Positions 1 to 9,482 of a DNA stretch of 64,000 nt are shown here, piece after piece. How positions within the stretch are numbered: the first letter of the stretch is position 1; every line of letters begins with the position of its first letter. This DNA comes from Nitrospirota bacterium (GTDB taxonomy: Bacteria; UBA2233), in the NCBI GenBank assembly GCA_011620345.1, contig WOZJ01000057.1, forward strand, positions 165,246-229,245. The letters are read 5' to 3'. The notes below the pieces were generated by a model. That model ran no database searches and had not been told where the DNA came from. It was given only the letters and a program-made list of their open reading frames with translations. The position numbers were made by a program, and so were the translations under genes.

Positions 1-19
1 TCCATCAAAAATTCTTGTA

Positions 20-604
20 ATGGGTAGCGTAGCCTATCTCTTGGGCACAATTCCGTTCGGGATCTTGATATCGAGGGCGTTTGGTTCTGATGATCCCCGA
101 CAAAAAGGTTCTGGCAATATCGGGGCTACGAACGTAGCCAGGGTGGCCGGGGTGAAGGCGGGAATCCTCACGCTCGCCCTAGATGCCGGAAAGGCATCCT
201 TAGCCGTCTCGCTTCCTCTAGCCTTTGGGCTTGGGCGGGGGCTTGCGCTTGCTTGCGCGCTCCTTGTCGTCCTCGGCCATATGTTTCCTGTATGGACAGG
301 GCTTCGGGGAGGCAAGGGCATTGCCAGCATCCTAGGGGCGACACTCGTCCTCTCACCTGCTGTGGCGGCTGCTGGGCTCGTCGCGTTTGTGTTGGTTGTC
401 TGGCTTACGCGGTACGTTTCGTTGGGGTCGCTCTTGGCGCTCCTTTCGGGGTTTGCAGCCTCTTGGCTTATGGCACCATCGGATTCTGGCCTCAAGGTAA
501 TCCTTTTCGCTTTCTTCCTGCTGGGAGCCATAAAACACGCGCCAAACATTAGGAGGCTTGCCAATGGGTGCGAGCCCAAGTTTCGGACAGGTTCGAGGGC
601 CTAG
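20..604 (+). CDS. plsY: Glycerol-3-phosphate acyltransferase PlsY
   Basis: YLLGTIPFG, GSGNIGATN, GHMFPV and GGKGIA motifs; hydrophobic 194 aa. Confidence 0.95.
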   Translation: MGSVAYLLGTIPFGILISRAFGSDDPRQKGSGNIGATNVARVAGVKAGILTLALDAGKASLAVSLPLAFGLGRGLALACALLVVLGHMFPVWTGLRGGKGIASILGATLVLSPAVAAAGLVAFVLVVWLTRYVSLGSLLALLSGFAASWLMAPSDSGLKVILFAFFLLGAIKHAPNIRRLANGCEPKFRTGSRA

Positions 605-605
605 A

Positions 606-890
606 ATGCCCAGGGTATTCTTTGAGGGGCTAGAGCGTTGCATCGAGGTGGAGTCCGGCACGACACTCTTAGAGGCGGCAGAACGGGCGGGAGTTGCCCT
701 CCATCCCGATTGCCGCTTCGGCTGGTGTGGCTCGGATCCGGTAGTTCTTGTCGAAGGGGAGGGGCATGTAAGCCCCCAAGACGAGGACGAGGCAGAAAAC
801 ATCGCGTTCAACCACTTTCCAGAAAGCGTAAGGATGGCCTGCGTGACAAAAGTTTATGGCGATGTTCGAGTCCGCCTTTTTAACCTCTAG
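606..890 (+). CDS. 2Fe-2S ferredoxin-like protein
   Basis: GTTLLEAAERAGV, CRFGWCGSD and RMAC; ATG at 606 just after the plsY stop. Confidence 0.85.
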   Translation: MPRVFFEGLERCIEVESGTTLLEAAERAGVALHPDCRFGWCGSDPVVLVEGEGHVSPQDEDEAENIAFNHFPESVRMACVTKVYGDVRVRLFNL

Positions 891-893
891 TCC

Positions 894-1685
894 CTATTTG
901 CCCTTGAAGTCAGGCTTGCGCTTTTCCAAAAACGCCATAGGCCCCTCGATCGCATCCTCCGAAGCAAACACCCGAAAGCCGTACTCGAGTTCCTTGTCAA
1001 ACGCCTCCCGCAATTCTAACCCCAAGCACTCGTAAACAGACCGCTTGATCATCTGGACGGCGAACGGGCCGTTCGCCTTAATTCGCTCGAGGTAGTCCTC
1101 GGCCTCATCCATAAGGTTTTCATGCGTGACCACCTTGTTCACGAGCCCCATACGGCACGCCTCCTCTGCGCGGATCTTCCGGCCTGTAAGCAGGATGTCG
1201 AGTGCATGGCAAAGGGGGATTTGCCTAGGCAGCCTGACGGTCGAGCCGGCCAGTGGGAACAGCCCCCAGCGGGGCTCTTGAAGCGCGAACACGGCCCGCT
1301 CGGAAGCAATGCGGATATCCGTGGCGAGCAACATCTCAAGCCCGCCCGCGATGCAATAACCGTTGACCGCCGCGACGATCGGCTTGCTGAGCGTCCTGCC
1401 CCGTAAGAGCGCGTTGGGCATTGTTTCTGTAAGCTCCTTTGGAAGGGCGCTCTCTTTACGAACTGCCGAAGTGGCGAGGGGGATGAGCTCGCCAAGGTCC
1501 GCTCCCGAACAAAAGCTGTCTCCCACCCCTGTAACGAGTGCTACGCGAACAGCCTCGTCCGCCTCGATGTCGTCCCAAGCTTGAGCAAGTTCCGTTAGCA
1601 TTCCCGGGGTGAGCGCATTCTTGGCACTGGGACGGTTAAAAACGACCCTTGCGACCCCGTTCAGCTTGCTGTAGAGAATGTTCAC
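894..1685 (-). CDS. Enoyl-CoA hydratase/isomerase (crotonase family)
   Basis: NRPSAKNAL, FCSGADL, KPIVAAVNGYCIAGGLE and C-terminal FLEKRKPDF. Confidence 0.93.
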   Translation of the reverse strand: MNILYSKLNGVARVVFNRPSAKNALTPGMLTELAQAWDDIEADEAVRVALVTGVGDSFCSGADLGELIPLATSAVRKESALPKELTETMPNALLRGRTLSKPIVAAVNGYCIAGGLEMLLATDIRIASERAVFALQEPRWGLFPLAGSTVRLPRQIPLCHALDILLTGRKIRAEEACRMGLVNKVVTHENLMDEAEDYLERIKANGPFAVQMIKRSVYECLGLELREAFDKELEYGFRVFASEDAIEGPMAFLEKRKPDFKGK

Positions 1686-1688
1686 GGA

Positions 1689-2105
1689 TTATCCTCGGAT
1701 GATGAGCGTTGCCTTCGAGATGACGACCGGATCGTTCGTATGTTTGTCTCTAGCCTCTGTCTCAAGAACGATGAGCTTCATTGGCCCTGTTTTTCCCTCT
1801 TTTTCGGAGACATCCGCGATGCGCGAGGTGCAAACGAGCGTATCGCCGGCCTTGATCGGCTTGAAGTAAACATACTCCTGCTCTCCGTGCAGTAGCCTCA
1901 AGAAATCAATGTTCAACTCGGAAAGCAGGTCGATCGGGAATCCGAATGTGGTCGGAAACGTCGGAGGAGCGTAAAGGGTTCCGCCGGAATCATCGGAGAA
2001 TAGTGGGTTAGCGTCTTGCAAGGCTTTAGCAAAAGCCTTTATGCGGTCTGCTTCGATGGTCACTTCGTAAGGTTTGCCGGCCCTTCCGATGATGCTTGCA
2101 TCCAT
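1689..2105 (-). CDS. MaoC-like (hot-dog fold) dehydratase N-terminal domain protein
   Basis: FAKALQDANPL, APPTF, LLHGEQEYVYFKPIKAGD; start inferred at MDASIIG after GAGGAAGG. Confidence 0.85.
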   Translation of the reverse strand: MDASIIGRAGKPYEVTIEADRIKAFAKALQDANPLFSDDSGGTLYAPPTFPTTFGFPIDLLSELNIDFLRLLHGEQEYVYFKPIKAGDTLVCTSRIADVSEKEGKTGPMKLIVLETEARDKHTNDPVVISKATLIIRG

Positions 2106-2320
2106 TGTGTTTCCTTCCTCTTCTACTTGGTTTTTCCCATAAAAAAGCCCATTTTGCCCAAACATACCATAGAATATGGTTGCTTTGAAAGGGCATCTTT
2201 CAAAGCCATCCTCCGTTGCTTTCTGATCAAACACTTGATGGAATGGTATTTTGTTGTGTAGGATGGATGGCGAGGAGTTTTTCTATCCAGGGTCAGGTAG
2301 ATGCAAAAGGAGGTTGTCCG

Positions 2321-3184
2321 ATGAAGTGGTTCCGAGTGTGTACGGCGGGTATCCTTGTGGTTGGAATGGCAGGATGCGGATTTATAGAGCGAAAAGGCGT
2401 AGACACGGCCACGCCGCTGCTTTCTCGCACAGTAGACAACATGATGCGCCTAAAAAGCGCTAGGTTGGCAGAAAGTGGGCTACCTTCTCAAATTCTGCTC
2501 ATTTCGGCGCTCGTGGAGTTCACCCCAAACAATCCACGCCTCTTAACGATTGCCTCCCAGGCGTACGCCTCCTACGGACTCATGAAGGAAGATGCGGATC
2601 CAAATTACGCCTCCGAAATCTATCAGATCGGTAAAGAGTACGGGTTCCGGGCGCTCAAGCAAAACGGCAAGTTTGAAAAAGGCCTAAAGGAAGGCAAAAA
2701 ACCCCACGAAATGGTCTCGTATTTTGGCAAGAACGACGTGCCGACGCTGTTTTGGGCGGCCATGAACTGGGGGCAGTACATCAACATGCACAAGAGCGAC
2801 CCCAAAGCGTTGGTAGAAATCCCAGGCGTGATCGCATTCATGGGGCGATGTATCGAGCTAGATGAAACCTACTACTACGGCGGCCCGCACCTGTTCTTTG
2901 CCGCTTACTACGCTGGACTTCCGCCAATCATGGGAGGAGGAGCGAAGAAATCGATCGCAAGCTTCAAAAAATCCATTCAGGTTTCGAAGGGCAAGTTCCT
3001 GTTGCCTTACGTGTTCTACGCGCGATACTATACGACGCTCGTCAAGCGCGAAGACTTGTTCGAAAAGACGCTGCAAAAGGTTCTCGACACGCCTTCGAAC
3101 GTCTTACCGGAGGCCTACCTTGCCAACGAGATCTCGAAGAGCAAGGCAAGGTTCTACCTCGAGCACAAAGAGTTGTATTTCTAA
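2321..3184 (+). CDS. TRAP/TPAT transporter TatT component (TPR lipoprotein)
   Basis: Lipobox MAGC; LDETYYYGGPHLF and helical repeats typical of TatT; first gene of a dctQMP operon. Confidence 0.85.
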   Translation: MKWFRVCTAGILVVGMAGCGFIERKGVDTATPLLSRTVDNMMRLKSARLAESGLPSQILLISALVEFTPNNPRLLTIASQAYASYGLMKEDADPNYASEIYQIGKEYGFRALKQNGKFEKGLKEGKKPHEMVSYFGKNDVPTLFWAAMNWGQYINMHKSDPKALVEIPGVIAFMGRCIELDETYYYGGPHLFFAAYYAGLPPIMGGGAKKSIASFKKSIQVSKGKFLLPYVFYARYYTTLVKREDLFEKTLQKVLDTPSNVLPEAYLANEISKSKARFYLEHKELYF

Positions 3185-3195
3185 GGGAGCACCGG

Positions 3196-3732
3196 ATGCG
3201 CTGGATAGAGAAGCTAAACGGCATCGTTGCGCAGTTCGAGACGTTCATTTTAATCTTGCTGCTAAGCGTCATGGTGCTTCTAGGGTTTTTTCAGGTAATC
3301 CTGAGGGATTTCTTCTCTTACGGGTTTACCTGGACAGATGAGCTTTTAAGAAACCTCGTCCTTTGGAGCGCGCTCATGGGAGGCTCGCTCGCAACAAAGG
3401 CGGGAAGGCACATCAACATCGACATTATTACCCGGACCCTCCACGGCAGGAGTCGGGCCATGGCGGAGGTTCTGGTAGATTCGGCCTCGACTGTCGTGTG
3501 TCTCTTCTTGCTCAAGGCTTCGCTCGATTTTGTCCGGATGGAACGGGAATTCCCCCAGGCCTCGATGTTCTTCGGCATGCCTGTTTGGGCGTTCGAGGTG
3601 ATCTTTCCCGTCTTCTTTCTGCTTTCTGCGGCGCGCTTCCTCGTTCATGCGATGGATGGCCTTTCAGCGGTGGTTACAGGAAGAGAGCTCAAGGGAGGGG
3701 TTGTGGCCCACGATTTTAAGGTGGGAGGTTAG
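3196..3732 (+). CDS. dctQ: TRAP transporter small permease
   Basis: 4 TM segments; QVILR, WTDELLR, GRHINID motifs. Confidence 0.9.
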   Translation: MRWIEKLNGIVAQFETFILILLLSVMVLLGFFQVILRDFFSYGFTWTDELLRNLVLWSALMGGSLATKAGRHINIDIITRTLHGRSRAMAEVLVDSASTVVCLFLLKASLDFVRMEREFPQASMFFGMPVWAFEVIFPVFFLLSAARFLVHAMDGLSAVVTGRELKGGVVAHDFKVGG

Positions 3733-3735
3733 GCC

Positions 3736-5052
3736 ATGATTGAGGCCGTTGTCGGAATCGGAGCTCTCGTCCTCATCCTTATGGGGCTTCCTTTGTTCGT
3801 TGGGTTTGGACTGTTGTCCATCCTGTGCTACCACTACATCGCCCAGATCGAAATCGCCAGCATGATTGCGGAGTTTTACCGATTTGTTGGCGCCCCTGGG
3901 GTCATGGCTATCCCGTTGTTTACGTTTTCCGGCTACCTCCTTGCCGAATCGGGGGCGCCCAAAAGACTCGTCGAGGTCTCCCAGGCGTTCTTTGGATGGA
4001 TGCCGGCCGGGCTTGCGATGGTCTGCCTCATTTCTTGCTCTATCTTTACCGCGCTCACGGGTGCCTCCGGCGTGACGATCATCGCGATCGGCGGGCTTTT
4101 GTTCCCGGCGCTCATTGAGGCCGGCTACAAAGAAGAGTTCAATTTGGGGCTTCTCGTCTCGAACGGCTCGCTTGGGCTTTTGTTGCCGCCATCTTTGCCC
4201 GTGATCATCTACGCGCTTGTGGCAAAGGTTGACGTGGAGCAGTTGTTTGTCGCGGGGATTCTGCCCTGCCTCCTGTTAATCGCCCTTTTGTTTGCCTATG
4301 TATGGTTTCGTTCTGCAAAATGGAATATTCTTTCCCAGCCGTTTCACTTGAAGCATTGCTACGAATCGCTTTGGCGGGCCCGCTATGAAGTTCCACTGCC
4401 CTTCATCGTGATCGGCGGCATCTACTCGGGCTTGTTCACGGCTGCCGAGGCGGCCGCCATCACGGCCTTCTACGTCCTTGTCGTGGAGGTTTTGATTTTA
4501 CGGGATATTCCCCTCCGGAAGCTGTTTAGCATCATGCAGGATGCGATGATGATGGTCGGAGCGATCATCGCCATCCTTGGGTTGGCGCTGGCCTTAACGA
4601 ATTTCATTATTGACCAGCAGATTCCGATGAAGCTGTTCGATTACTTAAAAACGGTGCTTCCCAACCGCTACGCGTTCTTGATCGCGCTCAACGTGTTTTT
4701 GCTGATCGTGGGCTCCTTGATGGACGTCTTCTCCGCTATTGTCGTCACAGTGCCGCTGATCGTCCCGATCGCTCAGCAGTTCGGCGTGGATCCGATCCAT
4801 TTGGGGGTCATCTTTTTGGCAAACCTTGAAATCGGCTTCATTACCCCTCCCGTGGGGATCAACCTTTTTATATCAAGCTTTCGGTTCAACCGGCCTATTA
4901 CGGAGCTCTACCGTGCGAGCCTGCCGTTTCTGCTCGTTTTGATTGTTGGGCTCCTTATCATTACTTACTGGGAGAGCTTGAGCTTGTTTCTCCCGGAAAT
5001 TTCGGGCATGCGGGCCCATGACCTTCCCGCCTATTTGCGAGGCGTGAGGTAG
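3736..5052 (+). CDS. dctM: TRAP transporter large permease
   Basis: AIPLFTF, TGAS, LLPPS, DPIHLG, IGFITPPVGINLF motifs. Confidence 0.93.
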   Translation: MIEAVVGIGALVLILMGLPLFVGFGLLSILCYHYIAQIEIASMIAEFYRFVGAPGVMAIPLFTFSGYLLAESGAPKRLVEVSQAFFGWMPAGLAMVCLISCSIFTALTGASGVTIIAIGGLLFPALIEAGYKEEFNLGLLVSNGSLGLLLPPSLPVIIYALVAKVDVEQLFVAGILPCLLLIALLFAYVWFRSAKWNILSQPFHLKHCYESLWRARYEVPLPFIVIGGIYSGLFTAAEAAAITAFYVLVVEVLILRDIPLRKLFSIMQDAMMMVGAIIAILGLALALTNFIIDQQIPMKLFDYLKTVLPNRYAFLIALNVFLLIVGSLMDVFSAIVVTVPLIVPIAQQFGVDPIHLGVIFLANLEIGFITPPVGINLFISSFRFNRPITELYRASLPFLLVLIVGLLIITYWESLSLFLPEISGMRAHDLPAYLRGVR

Positions 5053-5097
5053 GCCATGCGACGTATAGGAACTAACCGTTCAAAAAAGGAGGGTGCG

Positions 5098-6114
5098 ATG
5101 AGACAGGTTTACAAAACTCTTGCCGTTTTGCTCACGTTTTTTGTCGGGTGTTTGGCGCTTTTTTCCCCAGGCCCAGCGCTAGCTCAAGAAGAAACCTACG
5201 AGATCAAGGTGGCCACGCTGGCCCCTGAGGGGACGGACTGGATCGACGTGGCCAACATGATCAAGCGCTACATGGAAGAAAAGAGTAGTGGAAGAGTAAA
5301 GGTATTGATCTATGCGGGCGGTGTCATGGGAGACGACCCGGACGTAATCCGGAAGATGAGGTTGGGGCAGGTTCAGCTTGCCGGGTTCTCTGGGCACGGC
5401 ACGCATCTGTGTGCGCCCGAAATGGCCTTAATGGAATTGCCCTACATAGTCGATACCGAGGCCAAAGTAGATGCGCTTTACAAGCAAATGAACCAGGAAT
5501 TTAAAGGGTTTTTTGCCAAGCACGGGTTTCGGCTGCTCTATCTCGTTCGTGAGGGCTACAACCAGCTCTACACTCAGATTCCGATCCGTACGCTGGAAGA
5601 CATGAAGAAGATCAAGCCCCATATGTGGACAGGAAAGGTCGAGGAACTAACCTTCAATGCCCTCGGCTCCAGGCCTCAGGCCATCGGTGCCGTAGAGAGC
5701 GTGCCCGCTATGCGCGCCGGCATCATCAACGCGCATTTTTCGCCCGCGCTTTGGGAGCTTGGCACGCAGCTTTTTACCATCGATAAGTATATTAACTTTC
5801 CCACCATGCGCTACCATCCAGCCTCGCTCGTCGTCGCCGAAAAGGCCTGGCAGCGCTATCCCAAATGGGTGCAGGACTTAGGCGTTGAGGCCTGCGAAAA
5901 GTACGGGCCCATCCTCTATCAAAAAGCGAAAGAGGGCGAGGTGAAATCGATCAAGGCGTTTGAAGAGTACGGGATGAAGCTCGTCAAGCTTAGCCCTGAA
6001 GAAGAACGGCCTTTTCGTGAGGCAACGAGGCCCATATGGGATAAGCTTGCTGGTGACGCCTACCCTAAAGATGCCCTCGGTAAGGCACTCGCTATTCTGA
6101 AAACGGTGAAATAG
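5098..6114 (+). CDS. dctP: TRAP transporter substrate-binding protein (TatP/DctP)
   Basis: Signal peptide; KVATLAPEGT, YAGGVMGDDPDVIRKMRLGQ; SD GGAGGG before ATG 5098. Confidence 0.9.
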   Translation: MRQVYKTLAVLLTFFVGCLALFSPGPALAQEETYEIKVATLAPEGTDWIDVANMIKRYMEEKSSGRVKVLIYAGGVMGDDPDVIRKMRLGQVQLAGFSGHGTHLCAPEMALMELPYIVDTEAKVDALYKQMNQEFKGFFAKHGFRLLYLVREGYNQLYTQIPIRTLEDMKKIKPHMWTGKVEELTFNALGSRPQAIGAVESVPAMRAGIINAHFSPALWELGTQLFTIDKYINFPTMRYHPASLVVAEKAWQRYPKWVQDLGVEACEKYGPILYQKAKEGEVKSIKAFEEYGMKLVKLSPEEERPFREATRPIWDKLAGDAYPKDALGKALAILKTVK

Positions 6115-6132
6115 GTTAAACTGAAAAAGAGC

Positions 6133-6209
6133 GCGCCCGTAGCTCAGGTGGATAGAGCACCGGATTCCGGTTCCGGGTGTCGGGGGTTCGAATCCTCTCG
6201 GGCGCGCCA
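6133..6209 (+). tRNA. tRNA-Arg(CCG)
   Basis: Cloverleaf GCGCCCG...CGGGCGC-GCCA; anticodon arm CCGGA-TTCCGGT-TCCGG; GTTCGAATC T-loop. Confidence 0.97.
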
Positions 6210-6671
6210 ACTTGCCATTAAGAAGGGTTTTCTCTTCTTTTTGCCCCCGCAAGGCCAAAACCTCGAGACGGTAGCCGCTAATGCATAACCGTGGGATGTG
6301 CAACGCGCCCTAGAGCCCTTTCATCCGCCAAAGAACGGCTACGCTGTGCGATATGCTGTCCTGTTGTCCATCTTAAGCGAACACCAAGGGCCTATTGAGC
6401 ATGGAAGAGGCTTGAGCGCGCCGTACCCTCCCATACGTCGTAGAAGCCTAGGTTTTTAATCAATGTCTTTTCTCCTGCCGGCCGGGAATCGGGCCCTAAG
6501 CTGACTTCGTCGCACCCTTCGCCCGCATGGAGAGGTTGGTAGGGCTTTTCCATGCAACGCCCGCCCGCGCTGAAGCTTTATCGCCTAGCGTGCGAAAGAC
6601 TTTTTTGGGGGCTCTAGGGAGCAAATAGGCTTCATTAGATGGACATCTTGGCGGGACGAAAAGATAAATGC

Positions 6672-6758
6672 TGGTGCCGGAGGCCGGGATCGAACCGGCA
6701 TGGAGTTACCCCCGCGGGTTTTTGAGACCCGTGCGTCTGCCTATTCCGCCACTCCGGC
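6672..6758 (-). tRNA. tRNA-Leu(CAA)
   Basis: Reverse complement GCCGGAG...CTCCGGC-ACCA; anticodon loop CT-CAA-AA; long variable arm. Confidence 0.96.
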
Positions 6759-6825
6759 TAGCATGGTCTATGGGGTAGTTAGGATACCATAACTTCTTAA
6801 GGCTTTGCTAATCCGCTATTGCACC

Positions 6826-8682
6826 TCATGCCCCATTAGGATTCGCAACGTGGAAGAGGGCTGTCTTTAAGGTTCCTCCAAAGGCATGGCATTGGTTGCA
6901 GAGTGCGGGGGCGTTGTGCTCCTTCTTGTCCACATGGCAGGCTAGGCACGTGTCCCTCGAGGACAGCTTCCAGTTATGGGGCTTGTGGCAATCGGTGCAA
7001 GCGGCGCTGGGATGGCCGCCAGCGGCATGGAGCCCTCCTAGGCCAGTATGACAACCTTTGCAGTCGTTCTGCGGTTGGCGAGCTCCTGCGAGCTGATGGC
7101 AAGTCCCGCAATCGCCGGACATCATGGGCGCGCGCTTATTCAGCTTGTGGCATTCTGCACAGTCGATCGGCGGCCGGTAGCCAGCAGCATGGCATTGGTT
7201 GCAGAGAATTTCTTTGTGACGACCTTCCAAGGGAATTGGGTGCCAGGACATGTCACTCTTGGGAAAGGTACCGGCCAAGGGGGTAAAAGGCCCACGTTCA
7301 GGCATGGTATGGCAAGCGGTGCATTCATTGGTTACAACCTTTCCTTCTGAGGAGACGTGCTTGCCGTCGTGGCAACGGAAGCATCCAGGCCAGTTCCTGT
7401 GGCCAATGTTCATGGCGTAGGTTTTCCAGTTGACGTTCATGGCTGGAAAGACAGAGCGGTCGTAAATCCCGGAAATGGCCCGGACGGAAGCATTTAGATC
7501 CGCCTTGCGGTATTGGAAGACGGTTGGATAGTTTTCTTTGTAAAACCCCTCGATCGCTCGAGCCATGCGAGTGTGTGCATCGCTGCGGTCCTTGTAGGAA
7601 GCTACGAGCGTGTCCACCGCAAGCTTTTTCATCCACGGAAGGTCTTTGGGGATGATGCCGCCGACCAGTGCCTCGTCTACAGCCTGGTCAGGGGCCAAGA
7701 AAATGTGCGTTGGGCGGTTGTGGCAATCCATGCAATCCATGGTGTGGCGTGGAACGGCCTCTAACTGCTCTTTGGAGAGTTTCGTGTTTTTATCGGTGTA
7801 TGTCGTGATTCTCCCTGTTCTGTTGTCCTTTACGCGGACCCAAGGGATTTTCTGAAAGTGACGGTCTTCTGCGGCAAAGGTAACCTGGTTCTCGATAACC
7901 ATGTGCCAATGAACCCCAGAGTTTATCCCGAGGTTTGGGCTTCCTCCGCCCGTTTTCACGAGCAGGCTGACCTGTTCGGCCGTATTCTTCTCGTCGTAGC
8001 GAAAATGTGGGATTTGGAGCATCCGTGCCCCGTAGAACTTTTGCGGCCAGTGGCATTCTTCGCATGTTTCGCGTGCCGGGCGCAGGTTGGCAACGGGAAC
8101 GGGAATTGGTCGCTCGTAGCTGTTGGTTAATACGGCCCATACTTGTCGCATTCCCGAAAGCTTCGAGCGAACGTACCAGGAAGCGCCAGCTCCCACATGG
8201 CAATCCACGCAGCGAACACGGGCGTGGGGCGAATAAAGGTATGCGGTGTGTTCGGGTTCCATGACAGTATGGCATACCTTGCCGCAAAAGGTAACGGACT
8301 CCGTAAAAAGGAAGGCGTTGTAGCCTGCAAAGGCTAAAAGAAGGAAGAGGATAGAGCTTGCGGCCAACGCAAGTGCGAATTTTCTCCTATGGCTAGGGTC
8401 ATTCAAATCGAGCCTGGGGAATGGGGGCGCTTCTGTGATTCCAAGCCTACGCCTTCGGAGGCTTTCAAGGGCCATGCCAAACAGGAAAAGGGCTAGGCCA
8501 AGCGTAAGGATGCCTGGGAACACCATGTACGTAAAGATGCCTATGTACGGGCTGGAAGGCGCTAACCCTATCCCCCACAGGGCGCTTCCTAGGATGAACA
8601 AGGCGCTGATAGCGATAATGAAAGCGCCAAAGTAGCTCACGGTGTTCTTATACAACCCTACGCTACTGGAGCGTTCCCCCAC
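6826..8682 (-). CDS. Membrane-anchored NapC/NirT-type multiheme cytochrome c (12 CxxCH + 1 CX3CH)
   Basis: Three N-terminal TM helices; FCGKVCH, SPHARVRCVDCH NapC-like core; extended C-terminal heme array. Confidence 0.9.
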   Translation of the reverse strand: MGERSSSVGLYKNTVSYFGAFIIAISALFILGSALWGIGLAPSSPYIGIFTYMVFPGILTLGLALFLFGMALESLRRRRLGITEAPPFPRLDLNDPSHRRKFALALAASSILFLLLAFAGYNAFLFTESVTFCGKVCHTVMEPEHTAYLYSPHARVRCVDCHVGAGASWYVRSKLSGMRQVWAVLTNSYERPIPVPVANLRPARETCEECHWPQKFYGARMLQIPHFRYDEKNTAEQVSLLVKTGGGSPNLGINSGVHWHMVIENQVTFAAEDRHFQKIPWVRVKDNRTGRITTYTDKNTKLSKEQLEAVPRHTMDCMDCHNRPTHIFLAPDQAVDEALVGGIIPKDLPWMKKLAVDTLVASYKDRSDAHTRMARAIEGFYKENYPTVFQYRKADLNASVRAISGIYDRSVFPAMNVNWKTYAMNIGHRNWPGCFRCHDGKHVSSEGKVVTNECTACHTMPERGPFTPLAGTFPKSDMSWHPIPLEGRHKEILCNQCHAAGYRPPIDCAECHKLNKRAPMMSGDCGTCHQLAGARQPQNDCKGCHTGLGGLHAAGGHPSAACTDCHKPHNWKLSSRDTCLACHVDKKEHNAPALCNQCHAFGGTLKTALFHVANPNGA

Positions 8683-8919
8683 TACTTCTCCCTTTAAGGG
8701 CTTTCAATGGTTTAACGTATACTGAACGGCTATTCTATTTTTTATTTCTGGATCCAAGCGGTACAGAAGGCCTAACATGCCGACCGCCTGGTGCATGGCA
8801 TGCCCTTCTTTGTTTGTTTCTGGACAAATTCTTGCGCTGGTTCCATACCATAGCGCACGAATTGCCCAAAAGTCAAAGGTGTAATCTTTAATAGACTAAA
8901 TAAAATACGGCAAAAAAAT

Positions 8920-8960
8920 CCCTTGAAAAACCCCCGATGGCATCGGGGGTTTTTCAAGGG
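8920..8960. terminator. Long hairpin, likely intrinsic terminator of the 9683->9010 unit
   Basis: CCCTTGAAAAACCCCCGATG-G-CATCGGGGGTTTTTCAAGGG, 20-bp perfect arms. Confidence 0.75.
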
Positions 8961-9009
8961 GCAGGTTCACCTTAAGGGCGATATTCCTGGAGGAAGGAGG
9001 GATACGAGG

Positions 9010-9435
9010 CTAAGGCCTTGCAGCTGCCGCCTGTGAGATCCCCTTGACAGTCATCGTCCCATCCGGCTGGACGCTGTGGCAATCCTGGCAGCGGCCGCCG
9101 TAGAACATGACAAAGTGGTTGTTTTCTCCCAAAAGGTGTCCTTGATGGAGAACTTTATAGAACTCTGGTGCGGCCGACCCGTTGTGACAAGCTTGCATGC
9201 ATTGGGTAGGGGTGTTGCCCATGTTGGAGTCTACCTGGGGGTGCCTACCTTCTCTTTGCATTAAAACCATCATTGCGGGCAAGGAAAAGAGCGATGTGAC
9301 CCCTTGTGGGGTATGGCAAGTCAGGCAGACAACGTCCTGATCGGCGGCCTTGGCTTTTGAAAGGCCGAAGCCAGGTACCGCTACCATGCCTATTAGGCCA
9401 AGCCCAAGAAAGGAAAGCGCCGTTTTCTTTTTCAT
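9010..9435 (-). CDS. Small periplasmic triheme-type cytochrome c
   Basis: Signal peptide; CLTCH, CMQACH (CX3CH), CQDCH plus extra His; strong SD AGGAGGGG. Confidence 0.85.
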   Translation of the reverse strand: MKKKTALSFLGLGLIGMVAVPGFGLSKAKAADQDVVCLTCHTPQGVTSLFSLPAMMVLMQREGRHPQVDSNMGNTPTQCMQACHNGSAAPEFYKVLHQGHLLGENNHFVMFYGGRCQDCHSVQPDGTMTVKGISQAAAARP

Positions 9436-9482
9436 TGTGTATTCCCCTCCTTTTTTATTTTATTTGTCGCAAGTTTGTAGCG

